Source of the DNA: Candidatus Woesebacteria bacterium RIFCSPLOWO2_01_FULL_39_61
GTDB lineage: Bacteria > Patescibacteriota > Microgenomatia > UBA8517
DNA length: 62,182 nucleotides
Assembly: GCA_001793155.1 (NCBI GenBank)
Contig: MGHI01000029.1
Span: 1-62,182 of the forward strand
Direction: 5' to 3'
Positions 9,905 through 18,989 of this stretch are shown here, one piece after another. The position numbers were made by a program, and so were the translations under genes. The stretch's first letter is position 1; each line of letters opens with the position of its first letter. Under the pieces are notes generated by a model that had not been told where the DNA came from, made no database searches, and saw only the letters and a program-made list of their open reading frames with translations.

Positions 9905-11517
9905 ATTTTTAAATCTGTATCTTTGAACAAGATCAGCGGAATTCTACCTTCGAGTAAAATTACCCCATTCTTTTGGTCGAGTTCTTTTTGTATTTTCAGA
10001 CTCAATTCTTCTCTATCGTTTGAAAAAACAAGCTTATTTGAATTAACTCCCAAGCCTTTTTTAAAACTCGTTAAAGCATCTGGATTGGTTAGAAACACCT
10101 TTTCAACTGAATTCGACATCATCTTAGCCAACCTTTCGTGTATTTCATCAGATTTTGCTCCCAGCTCTATTATTCCGCTGGTTATAACCACCTTTCTTTT
10201 ATCTTTAAAAAGACTCAAATATTCCAAAGCAGATTCAAATGCCCGTGGAGTAGAATTATGGGTATCGTCAATCAGTATTACCCCTGATTCAAGTTTGCTA
10301 ACACTCATAGTTTTTTCGGGTAATTTAATATTCCCGCAGGCTTTTTTAATATCCTTCCACGAAACCTTAAATAGTCTAGCAACTAAAATTGCGGCAGTTA
10401 TATTTTCGATAAAATGTAAACCGGTAAGCGATGTCTTAATTGTCTTTTCATCTTCATTAAAGTGAACTTTAATTTTGATAGAATGCGTATCTGCGGAGAT
10501 TACTCTGGAAACAATGTCTGCATCTTTAAACCTATTATCCTTCTTTTCTCTGGCCACATAGTAGCCCAAGACCTTAACATGTGTTGAAAGTTCACGAGCT
10601 CTTTCGGCTAACTCCAGGCAATACGCGTTAGATAAATTGAAAATAGCAATCCCGTCCGGAGGAAGTGCTTCAATTAACTCAAATTTTGTTTTTTTTATAT
10701 TCTCCAGATTTCCGAATAAGGATAAATGTTGCTCTTCTATACCGGTAATTATTGCTACCGAAGGTTTGACGATAGCCGTCAGCTTTTTGATCTCTCCCTG
10801 CTTATATGCACCCATCTCCGCGACAAAAAATTCTGTACTCTTTTCCAGAAAGTCTCTAATTTTTCTTGCAATCCCAAATTCTGTATTTTCGTTTCCCGTC
10901 GTTTTTAATACCTCATATTTCTTGGATAATATCTGCGCTACAAATTCTTTTGTCGAGCTTTTACCATAGCTTCCGGTTATCCCTATTACGATTGGTGACA
11001 CTTTCGAAATTTTCTCTTTAGCAATTTTGATTTCCTCGCTTTTAATTTTTTGCACAATAGGTTGTGTCCACAACACCCCTGCAAAAGGTGAAATGACCAA
11101 CAAGATTTCCGCAAAGATAAAATGCAACGTTCCCAGCTCCCCCGTTATAAAACCGAACATGGGCGGTAAAAGTGCTATTAATAATGCCGTTATAAATATT
11201 CTTTTTGCCCGTTGAGTGAAAACCGGCTTCCTGAGTGTTTCTTTCTTAATGTCTATTAATACACTTAAATCAAAAAGGGTAAAAAGTAAAATTAGGGCAT
11301 TTTGCGACTCTCTTAAAATTAAGGCTAAAATTAATGTAGCTATCTTAAAAACTATTATATTCACCTCGGTATTGTTTCTACCGCTTATCGAAGAAAAAAA
11401 TAACCTAAATCTGTCAAAACGATATTCTTTAATCTGAATCCAGTAGATCCAAATTAATAGCTGGCGTATTGCCTGAGGTAACCAGAAAATTACTAGTATT
11501 ATAGATTTTTGAACCAT
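9901..11517 (-). CDS. murF: MurF ligase with N-terminal membrane segments
   Basis: GITGSYGKSSTKE P-loop, NTEFGI, EMGAY, IDDTHNSTP, GIIELG; hydrophobic first ~150 aa. Confidence 0.93.
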   Translation of the reverse strand: MVQKSIILVIFWLPQAIRQLLIWIYWIQIKEYRFDRFRLFFSSISGRNNTEVNIIVFKIATLILALILRESQNALILLFTLFDLSVLIDIKKETLRKPVFTQRAKRIFITALLIALLPPMFGFITGELGTLHFIFAEILLVISPFAGVLWTQPIVQKIKSEEIKIAKEKISKVSPIVIGITGSYGKSSTKEFVAQILSKKYEVLKTTGNENTEFGIARKIRDFLEKSTEFFVAEMGAYKQGEIKKLTAIVKPSVAIITGIEEQHLSLFGNLENIKKTKFELIEALPPDGIAIFNLSNAYCLELAERARELSTHVKVLGYYVAREKKDNRFKDADIVSRVISADTHSIKIKVHFNEDEKTIKTSLTGLHFIENITAAILVARLFKVSWKDIKKACGNIKLPEKTMSVSKLESGVILIDDTHNSTPRAFESALEYLSLFKDKRKVVITSGIIELGAKSDEIHERLAKMMSNSVEKVFLTNPDALTSFKKGLGVNSNKLVFSNDREELSLKIQKELDQKNGVILLEGRIPLILFKDTDLKI

Positions 11518-12209
11518 AGGTCGGTTTCTTCTGCAATTACTTTAGGTTTGTTATAAGGAAGTCTGTGTCCCTCGTCCTCAAATAATACAATTTTCGAATT
11601 TTTAATAGATTCGTTAATAAATCGGGCATCTCCCATCGGAGTAACTCTATCGATTTTTCCCCATAAAATTAGAGTCGGTGTTGAAATTTGTTTAATTTGC
11701 GGCTTTAAATCCTCTGAAATCACTTTTTTAAATATATCTTTCATAATACCTTCTGTTTTTTCATAGTCATGTTCCCTTGCTGCTTTATATAAAAGCCTCC
11801 GAAAAGAACCCGCTAATACCGGAACCAATAAAAATACTTTTCCCGTTTTAGCCAAGGCACTAAACAATAATCTTTTTAATAATTTTCCCCGGGAAACACC
11901 ACGCGACGCACAAAGGATTATCCCAGAAAGTCCTTTGCACTTTCTATAGGCCAACTTAATAGCTATTCCTCCTCCGAAGGAGTGGCCAAATACGAAAAAG
12001 TTTTCGTTTTTAAACGCATTCCTTGCTTCCGAATAAACGTACTCAGAATACTCTTTTATTCCCCAAACTTTATCGGGTGGAGGATTTTCAAAACCAGCGA
12101 GCTTAGGAAGTAATACACTCCAACCTCTTTTTTCAAGTTCATCTTTTAGAGGCTTCAGTTTTTTTGTTTCAGCACCCCAACCGTGTAGAAGTACGATATT
12201 TTTTCGCAT
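11499..12209 (-). CDS. Alpha/beta hydrolase
   Basis: LLHGWG oxyanion motif, GHSFGG nucleophile elbow, LWGKID acid, GH catalytic His. Confidence 0.92.
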   Translation of the reverse strand: MRKNIVLLHGWGAETKKLKPLKDELEKRGWSVLLPKLAGFENPPPDKVWGIKEYSEYVYSEARNAFKNENFFVFGHSFGGGIAIKLAYRKCKGLSGIILCASRGVSRGKLLKRLLFSALAKTGKVFLLVPVLAGSFRRLLYKAAREHDYEKTEGIMKDIFKKVISEDLKPQIKQISTPTLILWGKIDRVTPMGDARFINESIKNSKIVLFEDEGHRLPYNKPKVIAEETDLWFKNL

Positions 12210-12219
12210 ATTATTAATT

Positions 12220-13617
12220 TTACATCCTGAGAAACTTTACGGCGTCTTCGAATTGCCTTCCCCTATCCTCATAGTCTTTGAACATGTCAAAAGATGTTGA
12301 AGCCGGAGATAAAAGAACTACACTACTGGGCACTGCTATTTTAGAGGCTAGCCTTACCACCTCCAACATTTTTGGAGAGCCTAAGTCGTATACTTCTCCA
12401 GAATATTTAAATTTCTTTAATGATTTCTTTATTCTTGGGGCTGTTTGACCAATCAAAATTACATTCAAGACGTTTTTTCTTTTTGCCAAATCTCTCCCTA
12501 AATTATCAAAAGAAATACCTCTATCGAAACCACCCAGAATAAGGGTTAGTTTTCTGTCGCTAAAAGACTCCAAAGCTGCGATAGTTGCCTCAGGTATTGT
12601 TGCAAGCGTATCGTTAACAAAGTCGACTGAGTTGTAAACTCCTACCGTTTCCAGCCTTCCTTCTAACGGTTTAAAACTTCTTACTGCCTTATTTAATTTT
12701 TCAAAATCAACGCCAGCGACTTTTGAAGCGATTATTGCAGCCATAACGTTATCCATGTTATGAATACCTAGAAGAGGAATTTTTCTTACATCAAAAGAAA
12801 ATTCTATCTGTCCCTTTACAACAAAATATATTTTTCTTTTATCGATATAACACCCGCTCTCAACTTTTCGTCTCGAGGAAAAAGGGTATTTTTTGGCTTC
12901 AGACAGTTTGGAAATTTTCTCAATCTCGGGAAAGTCTTTATTATAAATGAAAAAGTCTGCAGTACTTTGGAATTTTGTTATATTAGCTTTTGTTTTGATA
13001 TATTCATTGTAGCTGGAATAATAATCCAAGTGCTCAGGATATACATTTAAAAAAATTGCTATGTGTGGACTTTTTTCAGCATCCGTAAGTTGGTGAGATG
13101 ACATTTCAAAAACAAAAAGGGTATTTTCGTCACCTTCTTCTAAATAATCAAGGGGGGGATTACCGATATTTCCTAAAAGGACAGGGTGGACTTTTGCCGT
13201 CCTAAGAATATGGTAGATCAGAGAAGTTGTAGTGCTTTTACCCTTTGTGCCTGTTATGCCAATAATTTTACCCTTACAAAGTTCGAAGAAAATTTTAGTT
13301 TGGGAAGTAAACCCGACTCCTTTATCTTTAGCTTTTCTTATCCCATCAAACTTATATGGTATCCCAGGACTTTTTATTACGATTTCGTGTAGATCCAACT
13401 TATTTAGATAATCATTACCTAAATAAATATCTAAATTATTGTCGCTACCTATGATCTCAGAGGCTTTTACATCCAACTCTTTTAACTTTTTTTTATCAGC
13501 AATCGCCAACCTCTTATGAGGAAACAGTTTTCTTAAAAATCTATAAGTACTTTGCCCTTCTCTACCAAAACCAAGTATTAAAACCTTATTCGTTTCAAGT
13601 TTCCCTATTAGGCTCAT
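12220..13617 (-). CDS. murD: MurD-family glutamate ligase, probably MurD2 (L-Glu-adding)
   Basis: KSPGI, GITGTKGKSTT, EMSSHQL, PEHLDYY, LSPASTSFDMFKDYEDRG; start overlaps the murL stop (ATGA). Confidence 0.95.
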   Translation of the reverse strand: MSLIGKLETNKVLILGFGREGQSTYRFLRKLFPHKRLAIADKKKLKELDVKASEIIGSDNNLDIYLGNDYLNKLDLHEIVIKSPGIPYKFDGIRKAKDKGVGFTSQTKIFFELCKGKIIGITGTKGKSTTTSLIYHILRTAKVHPVLLGNIGNPPLDYLEEGDENTLFVFEMSSHQLTDAEKSPHIAIFLNVYPEHLDYYSSYNEYIKTKANITKFQSTADFFIYNKDFPEIEKISKLSEAKKYPFSSRRKVESGCYIDKRKIYFVVKGQIEFSFDVRKIPLLGIHNMDNVMAAIIASKVAGVDFEKLNKAVRSFKPLEGRLETVGVYNSVDFVNDTLATIPEATIAALESFSDRKLTLILGGFDRGISFDNLGRDLAKRKNVLNVILIGQTAPRIKKSLKKFKYSGEVYDLGSPKMLEVVRLASKIAVPSSVVLLSPASTSFDMFKDYEDRGRQFEDAVKFLRM

Positions 13618-14969
13618 ATTTCATTCTTAATTACCTTAGAAAATTTGGGTGTAAGGTTATTGTTATCATCCCAGTTTAATAAAATTTCTTTGGATTTACT
13701 TTCCAGATACTTAGTGTCTTCAAGATATTTTCTTTTTGCATATTCCAGTAACTTCGGTAATTCCTCTCCATGGTAACTTCTCAGCGATAAAAAAAGGCCA
13801 ACTTTTATTTCCTCCCTGGTTCCAACACACTCAAAAGGTTTGATTTTATTTTCTGAAACCAGATCGTCTAAAAGAGAAGCTAAATGCTCATCTTCATATA
13901 AACTGTGAGGAAATACTTTTATAATTTTTTTTGGGCCGAGAAAGGGAAAAAGAAGAATGAATGTTGATAAACATTTCGGACAATCACAACACCACACTCC
14001 AGCCTGCTGTCCAACATTACAACTTCTGAAAATATCAAAATATTTTTCATGTCTTGAAAAGATTTTTGCTATCTGCAGATCGTAAAGTGGCCTCAAAAAA
14101 CTAAATAAATCAATTTTGCTTAGGAATTTCTGATTATACTCCCTGAGCTTATTTTCAAATTTAAAAGTTTTCGAATATTGGTGATTAACATTTTTAGCCA
14201 GATATTCTATGTTTTCTTCATCTGAGCTCTTCTCGTTAGAAAATGCGATATTCTTGTATCCAGTTAAATAAGCGACCACTAAAGATATAAAAAATAATAC
14301 ATTTGTGTAAGGAATATGCCCATTTAAAAATCCTTGCGAGTTTAAATTTAGCAGTTCCGGATCTATCTTCCTTGAGACTTTTATAATTTTCTTAACACCG
14401 GATTTTTCTGCTACCCTAGTCGAATACTGGGTTGCAGGGTAAACTATTAGAACTGCATCGGCAAGACTAGAACTTGCTAAAGTTTCCAAAGTAACAACAG
14501 AGTCTTTCCCCCCACCTACCGGCACCAAGGTTTTATCTCCTTCAACCTGCCCCAGGTTTCCGTTAAATCTCTTTCCGAAAGAAGTAAATTCTATAAAATC
14601 CTTTGGAGTAAAATCTATTTTATTTTCGTAGAAATATTGCCCCATGCCATTCATCAATATATCCTTCCACCAATCTATCTGCTCCCTACCTAACGACGCT
14701 GCTTTAATATCAATAACTGGAGAACATGTTGTTTTCCAATAAGAAAACATTTCTGCAAGCCCTAAATGAAATACCATATTCTCGAATACAGGATTGTGTA
14801 TTTTAGACTTTACGTCCTCTCCTAAATTAAATACCAATTTATGTTGGAAATAGAATTGTTTTGAAATGTTGTATTCATAAGTTATCAACAAATCATTTTT
14901 TTCTATTTGAAAATGATACCCAATATATTCAAATACTGGATATTTTTTCCTTAAATCTCGATAGTCCAT
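13614..14969 (-). CDS. murL: UDP-MurNAc-L-Ala-L-Glu epimerase MurL
   Basis: GGGKDSVV, NGHIPYT, FSNEKSSDE, NHQYSKT, FRSCN, WCCDCPKC, KPFECVG match the MurL family; adjacent to murD. Confidence 0.88.
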   Translation of the reverse strand: MDYRDLRKKYPVFEYIGYHFQIEKNDLLITYEYNISKQFYFQHKLVFNLGEDVKSKIHNPVFENMVFHLGLAEMFSYWKTTCSPVIDIKAASLGREQIDWWKDILMNGMGQYFYENKIDFTPKDFIEFTSFGKRFNGNLGQVEGDKTLVPVGGGKDSVVTLETLASSSLADAVLIVYPATQYSTRVAEKSGVKKIIKVSRKIDPELLNLNSQGFLNGHIPYTNVLFFISLVVAYLTGYKNIAFSNEKSSDEENIEYLAKNVNHQYSKTFKFENKLREYNQKFLSKIDLFSFLRPLYDLQIAKIFSRHEKYFDIFRSCNVGQQAGVWCCDCPKCLSTFILLFPFLGPKKIIKVFPHSLYEDEHLASLLDDLVSENKIKPFECVGTREEIKVGLFLSLRSYHGEELPKLLEYAKRKYLEDTKYLESKSKEILLNWDDNNNLTPKFSKVIKNEI

Positions 14970-14977
14970 ATTTTAGC

Positions 14978-16147
14978 TTAGGAGGGTTTTTGTGTAGAAA
15001 AAAGTTTTTTACTGTCTTTATAGACTGTTCTTATTTCATACAACCTTTTTTTACGAAGTTCAATTTGGCTTGGATGTCTAAATTCTTTAATCTCATTTTC
15101 GTCAAATCCAAGTAAAAATATTTCTGGTACCAACTCGATTCCCAATTCTTTCTTGGCTTTATTGTAAATCATCTTCATAACTTCAAGATAATCTTTGGCA
15201 GACGCACCCCCCTCATTGATTATAAAATTATGATGATCTTTGGAGATTGCAGCACCATCAATTCTAAAACCTGTCATCTTCAAAAGATGTTCGATCACAA
15301 AACCGGCGCTTGTTGTCGGAATTCCAAGCTTATCTTTCTGTTCCTGGGTTAAATTATGAAAGGCACACCCCGGCGCATTTCGAGGCTGTAAACTTTTTCT
15401 CTTTGCCCATTCATAACGAACGAACTTTGCTTTTTCAACATCTCCTTTATAAAGTAAGAAAGTTACATTAAGAATTATTTCTCTTGTTTCCTGAAAACGA
15501 CTTTTATCATAGTCTACTCCCAATTCCTCGATACCCAGGGTGTGTGCACCACCTTGCAAGTCAAGAACTGTCACGGTGTCTATTACCTCGCTTATAAAAT
15601 GTGTTCCTCCGTGAATATTATTAAAAATTGCACCGCCTATTGTTCCCGGAATACCTGCATACCACTGTAACCCGGTTATGCCATTATCCAAAAGAAAATC
15701 CAACGCTTTAGGAAGATTGACGCCGCTATCTAATCGCACACGGATTCGTGGTTTGTCACTTTCGTCGTAATCCAAGTCCTTAAATTCGTATTTAAATGTA
15801 CCAACTTTGTCATCCGATTCCCATCGATAAACAGGTTTTACAATTTTTTGGAGTTCTATTTCCTCTGTATTTTCACCTAGAGTTTCAATTTTATCTGAAC
15901 GATCTACTAAAACGAGACCACGTATACCATCGTCTGAAATTAGAACATTACTCCCGTCACCAAGAATTGTTACAGGTATCTCAAGTTTTCTGGCTTCAAT
16001 CACGGCTTTTTTGAACACCTCTGTTGTTTCAGCTTCGTAAAAAATATCCACAGGCCCGCCAATTTTTAGAAAAGTATGATCCGCAAGAGGCTCATTCAGT
16101 TTTGTCCTGTTGCCTAACTTTTTATAAAGAGTTTTAATAGCATCCAT
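14978..16147 (-). CDS. murB: UDP-N-acetylenolpyruvoylglucosamine reductase MurB
   Basis: TFLKIGGP, ILGDGSNVL, GIPGTIGGA, HHNFIIN, ELVPEI; carries an internal insertion of about 43 aa. Confidence 0.93.
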   Translation of the reverse strand: MDAIKTLYKKLGNRTKLNEPLADHTFLKIGGPVDIFYEAETTEVFKKAVIEARKLEIPVTILGDGSNVLISDDGIRGLVLVDRSDKIETLGENTEEIELQKIVKPVYRWESDDKVGTFKYEFKDLDYDESDKPRIRVRLDSGVNLPKALDFLLDNGITGLQWYAGIPGTIGGAIFNNIHGGTHFISEVIDTVTVLDLQGGAHTLGIEELGVDYDKSRFQETREIILNVTFLLYKGDVEKAKFVRYEWAKRKSLQPRNAPGCAFHNLTQEQKDKLGIPTTSAGFVIEHLLKMTGFRIDGAAISKDHHNFIINEGGASAKDYLEVMKMIYNKAKKELGIELVPEIFLLGFDENEIKEFRHPSQIELRKKRLYEIRTVYKDSKKLFSTQKPS

Positions 16148-16239
16148 TCAAGGGTTATATTATCTCACAGAATGTCATTTTTGCTTCCACTTTGAGGCTT
16201 TTGCTGCACTCACGACTGTTAGTAATAATGTTTGAATTA

Positions 16240-17643
16240 TCATAAATTTCTTAATATTTCTCTTGCCCACATATAGCTATAACCAGCACCCATGACAAGA
16301 ACTACATCATTCGCCTCAGCTTCCCTCTTTATCAATTTGGTTATCTCATCTAAATTACCAATAGGTCTGATATCGCTATGGGAAGTAGCCTTAACTATCG
16401 ATGTATTATCAACCCCGAACTTCTTGATATCACGTGCTTTAAAGATAGGACCGACAATAACTTTATCGGCTATATCAAAAACGTCTTTATAACTACCCAG
16501 TAAGGCTTTAGTCCGCGAGTAAGAATGCGGCTCAACTATCGCCCAAATTCTTTTTGTTGGATATCGCTGGCGCAATGCCGAAATAGTTGCCTTGATTGCT
16601 GTCGGATGATGAGCATAATCATCATATATGAGGATTTTCTTTTTCTCTCCGATTAATTCCAATCTTCTTCCAATACCATCAAAGTTTGACAGTACTTCCC
16701 TTGTCGTTTCTAACTTAACGTTAAATAGTTGGGCTAAGATTATTGCGCCTAGACTATTTGACACATTGTAGTCACCCATTATTTTTAACCTAAAACTAGT
16801 GTCCAAATGCAAACTATCTGAGTAGACGACAAAGTCTGTAAATTCGGGTTCCTTTTTTGATATTGTTCCATAAACCATATTTTTGACTTTAAAAGTTGAA
16901 TTCTGTTTAAGAGTATAACCATATACTTTCAATCCTTGAGTCTTTTTTCCAAGTAAAGTAAAAAGATTTTGGATACCTGAAGAGTCTAAATTAATAATTA
17001 AAATTTTATCTCCTTGTAAACTTTCTACAAACTTTCTAAAACTTTCTATGAGTTTCTTTTCATCCTTGAAATAGTCGGGGTGATCGAACTCAATATTATT
17101 GAGAATGATAATTTGAGGTCCATAGCTTAAGAACTTATCATAGAATTCATCGGATTCAATTATAAAAAGATCGCTCTCCCCGATTCTATAGTTTGCACCC
17201 CATTCATGTACTGTCGCCCCAACCAAAACGTTAGGTTCCGTTCCGGCAGCCTCAAAAATAAGTCCGGAGAGCGCTGTCGTTGTCGACTTACCATGGGTAC
17301 CGGCAATGCAAATAACCTTTTTACCCTTCAATAAATATTCTCCTACAAATTCGTCCCACGGCTTTACTATTTTCTTTTCTTTCGCGCCTTTATACTCCAA
17401 GTGTTTACTGTTTTGAAAGACTACCGAAGGGCTAATTACAAGAAGGTCAGTGTCTTTCAGATGATCCGGACTGTGTCCATAATATATTTTAATCCCGGCT
17501 TTTTTCACCTTACCAAGATAGGGAGTCTCTTTTTCTATATCACATCCGTCTACTTCGTAACCCGCCTTCTTGGCCATAACAGCAACACCCGATAAACCGC
17601 TGCCGCCAATCCCCATGAAATGAATTCTTCTTAAATTGTTCAT
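16240..17643 (-). CDS. murC: UDP-MurNAc-L-alanine ligase MurC
   Basis: HFMGIGGSGLSG, IAGTHGKSTTT, ESDE, EFDHPDYF, DDYAHHPT, EPHSYSRT. ATG at 17643 is preferred over the TTG at 17670. Confidence 0.97.
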   Translation of the reverse strand: MNNLRRIHFMGIGGSGLSGVAVMAKKAGYEVDGCDIEKETPYLGKVKKAGIKIYYGHSPDHLKDTDLLVISPSVVFQNSKHLEYKGAKEKKIVKPWDEFVGEYLLKGKKVICIAGTHGKSTTTALSGLIFEAAGTEPNVLVGATVHEWGANYRIGESDLFIIESDEFYDKFLSYGPQIIILNNIEFDHPDYFKDEKKLIESFRKFVESLQGDKILIINLDSSGIQNLFTLLGKKTQGLKVYGYTLKQNSTFKVKNMVYGTISKKEPEFTDFVVYSDSLHLDTSFRLKIMGDYNVSNSLGAIILAQLFNVKLETTREVLSNFDGIGRRLELIGEKKKILIYDDYAHHPTAIKATISALRQRYPTKRIWAIVEPHSYSRTKALLGSYKDVFDIADKVIVGPIFKARDIKKFGVDNTSIVKATSHSDIRPIGNLDEITKLIKREAEANDVVLVMGAGYSYMWAREILRNL

Positions 17644-17699
17644 TCCTGAAATACTATGAAGTGGTTTCAAAACACTTCATATAACAATACCGTCAGGCA

Positions 17700-17770
17700 T
17701 CAAAACGAACCCGAAGGGCGAGTTTTGAAACAAGTTCTATATTTACCTTGAAAGGAGATTCCTTTCAAGG
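17700..17770. repeat. Two REP-like hairpins in the divergent murC/island spacer
   Basis: TCAAAAC..CCCGAAGGG..GTTTTGA (17700-17728) and the perfect hairpin CCTTGAAAGGA-GAT-TCCTTTCAAGG (17746-17770). Confidence 0.8.
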
Positions 17771-17826
17771 CAGCATTTCCACTGCCCATTACAAACTTCA
17801 AACGTAACGTTAAACTAATTATACCC

Positions 17827-17851
17827 TGTTATAATTGTTATGTGATACAAT
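17827..17851 (+). promoter_or_regulatory. Tandem extended -10 elements upstream of the island
   Basis: TG-T-TATAAT (17827-17835) and TG-A-TACAAT (17843-17851), 15-31 nt before the ATG at 17867. Confidence 0.55.
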
Positions 17852-17866
17852 ATGAGCCCCTAATGT

Positions 17867-18964
17867 ATGACTATTACTGAAACGCCATTATACCTTCCTC
17901 AACAAGTCTCCGATGATAGAGAAAGTTTCTGGTCACTTCCCCGTGCAGAATTAGCTCAATCTTTCGAATACTCATTTTCTCAAGAGCTTTTCATTCCCGA
18001 TGAAACCACAGGTCTCAATATAACAATAAAAGCAGAAACAAAGTCCGGTAACATAAACGGTCGCTTGAACGAAGACTCCACTCTAATTACCCCAATAGGT
18101 AATGGCAGAAAACTGGTTGCGGTTTTGGACGGGACCTCCAGCCAAAGGGATATTGCCGGATTGGCAAGGTACGGATTAAGCGGAGCTTGTTACGTTTCGC
18201 ACTTAGTAAGTTATAGCTTTACAAGATCTTCCGAATATCAATCTCTGGTTTTAGAAGGTGATATTAGTGCCGCTGATATTATGCGAACAATGAATGGGTG
18301 GCTTCGTTCAAGACTGAGTCAAATTGAAGGAGTCGACTACCAGGACGTTTTAAGTATTCCTGGTATGGCGGCTACTTTCTGCCTTATTGATGCCCATAAA
18401 AATGAGATATCTGTTGCCCACGTTGCGGATACTCTCGCCTTCGCTTATTTCGACAACGGGGATGTAACAGAGCTAACAGTTAATCAAAATGAAAGATTTG
18501 ATATAGAAACATTAAACTTATTGCTGGATCTTTCTAAAATGCACCAAATTACACCCAGACAAGTTCTAGAAACTCCCGAGCTCAAATCGTTAGTCAAGGA
18601 ACAATTAAGAATATCTTTTACCAAAAAAATAAATACACCTGATGGCTGCGGTATCTTAAACGGAATGGACGAACTCACTTCGAATAATCTTATTTACGAA
18701 ACGAAACTACCGATTACTCCCGATCTAAGGAAATTAATCCTGGCATCTGACGGAGCAGTACTTCCTTATCAATTGAACGGATTATCCAAAGATTCTGTCT
18801 TATGGAATTTGCTAGAAGACACTGAAATCTACACTATCGGAAAACAGCTTAAGTTCCTCCAAAAGGGTGCTGCTGAACTTCTCAGAGATACGGAGTACAA
18901 AAACATCCTAAGATTAAAACCAAGCGATGATGCAACAATAATTGAGGTAGATTTCAGTAGTTAA
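17867..18964 (+). CDS. PP2C/PPM-fold phosphatase-like protein
   Basis: AVLDG, AATF, AHVADT, LASDG and terminal DDAT reproduce the order of PPM metal-binding motifs. Confidence 0.75.
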   Translation: MTITETPLYLPQQVSDDRESFWSLPRAELAQSFEYSFSQELFIPDETTGLNITIKAETKSGNINGRLNEDSTLITPIGNGRKLVAVLDGTSSQRDIAGLARYGLSGACYVSHLVSYSFTRSSEYQSLVLEGDISAADIMRTMNGWLRSRLSQIEGVDYQDVLSIPGMAATFCLIDAHKNEISVAHVADTLAFAYFDNGDVTELTVNQNERFDIETLNLLLDLSKMHQITPRQVLETPELKSLVKEQLRISFTKKINTPDGCGILNGMDELTSNNLIYETKLPITPDLRKLILASDGAVLPYQLNGLSKDSVLWNLLEDTEIYTIGKQLKFLQKGAAELLRDTEYKNILRLKPSDDATIIEVDFSS

Positions 18965-18989
18965 CGTTTTCATTAATTACTCCATTAAA

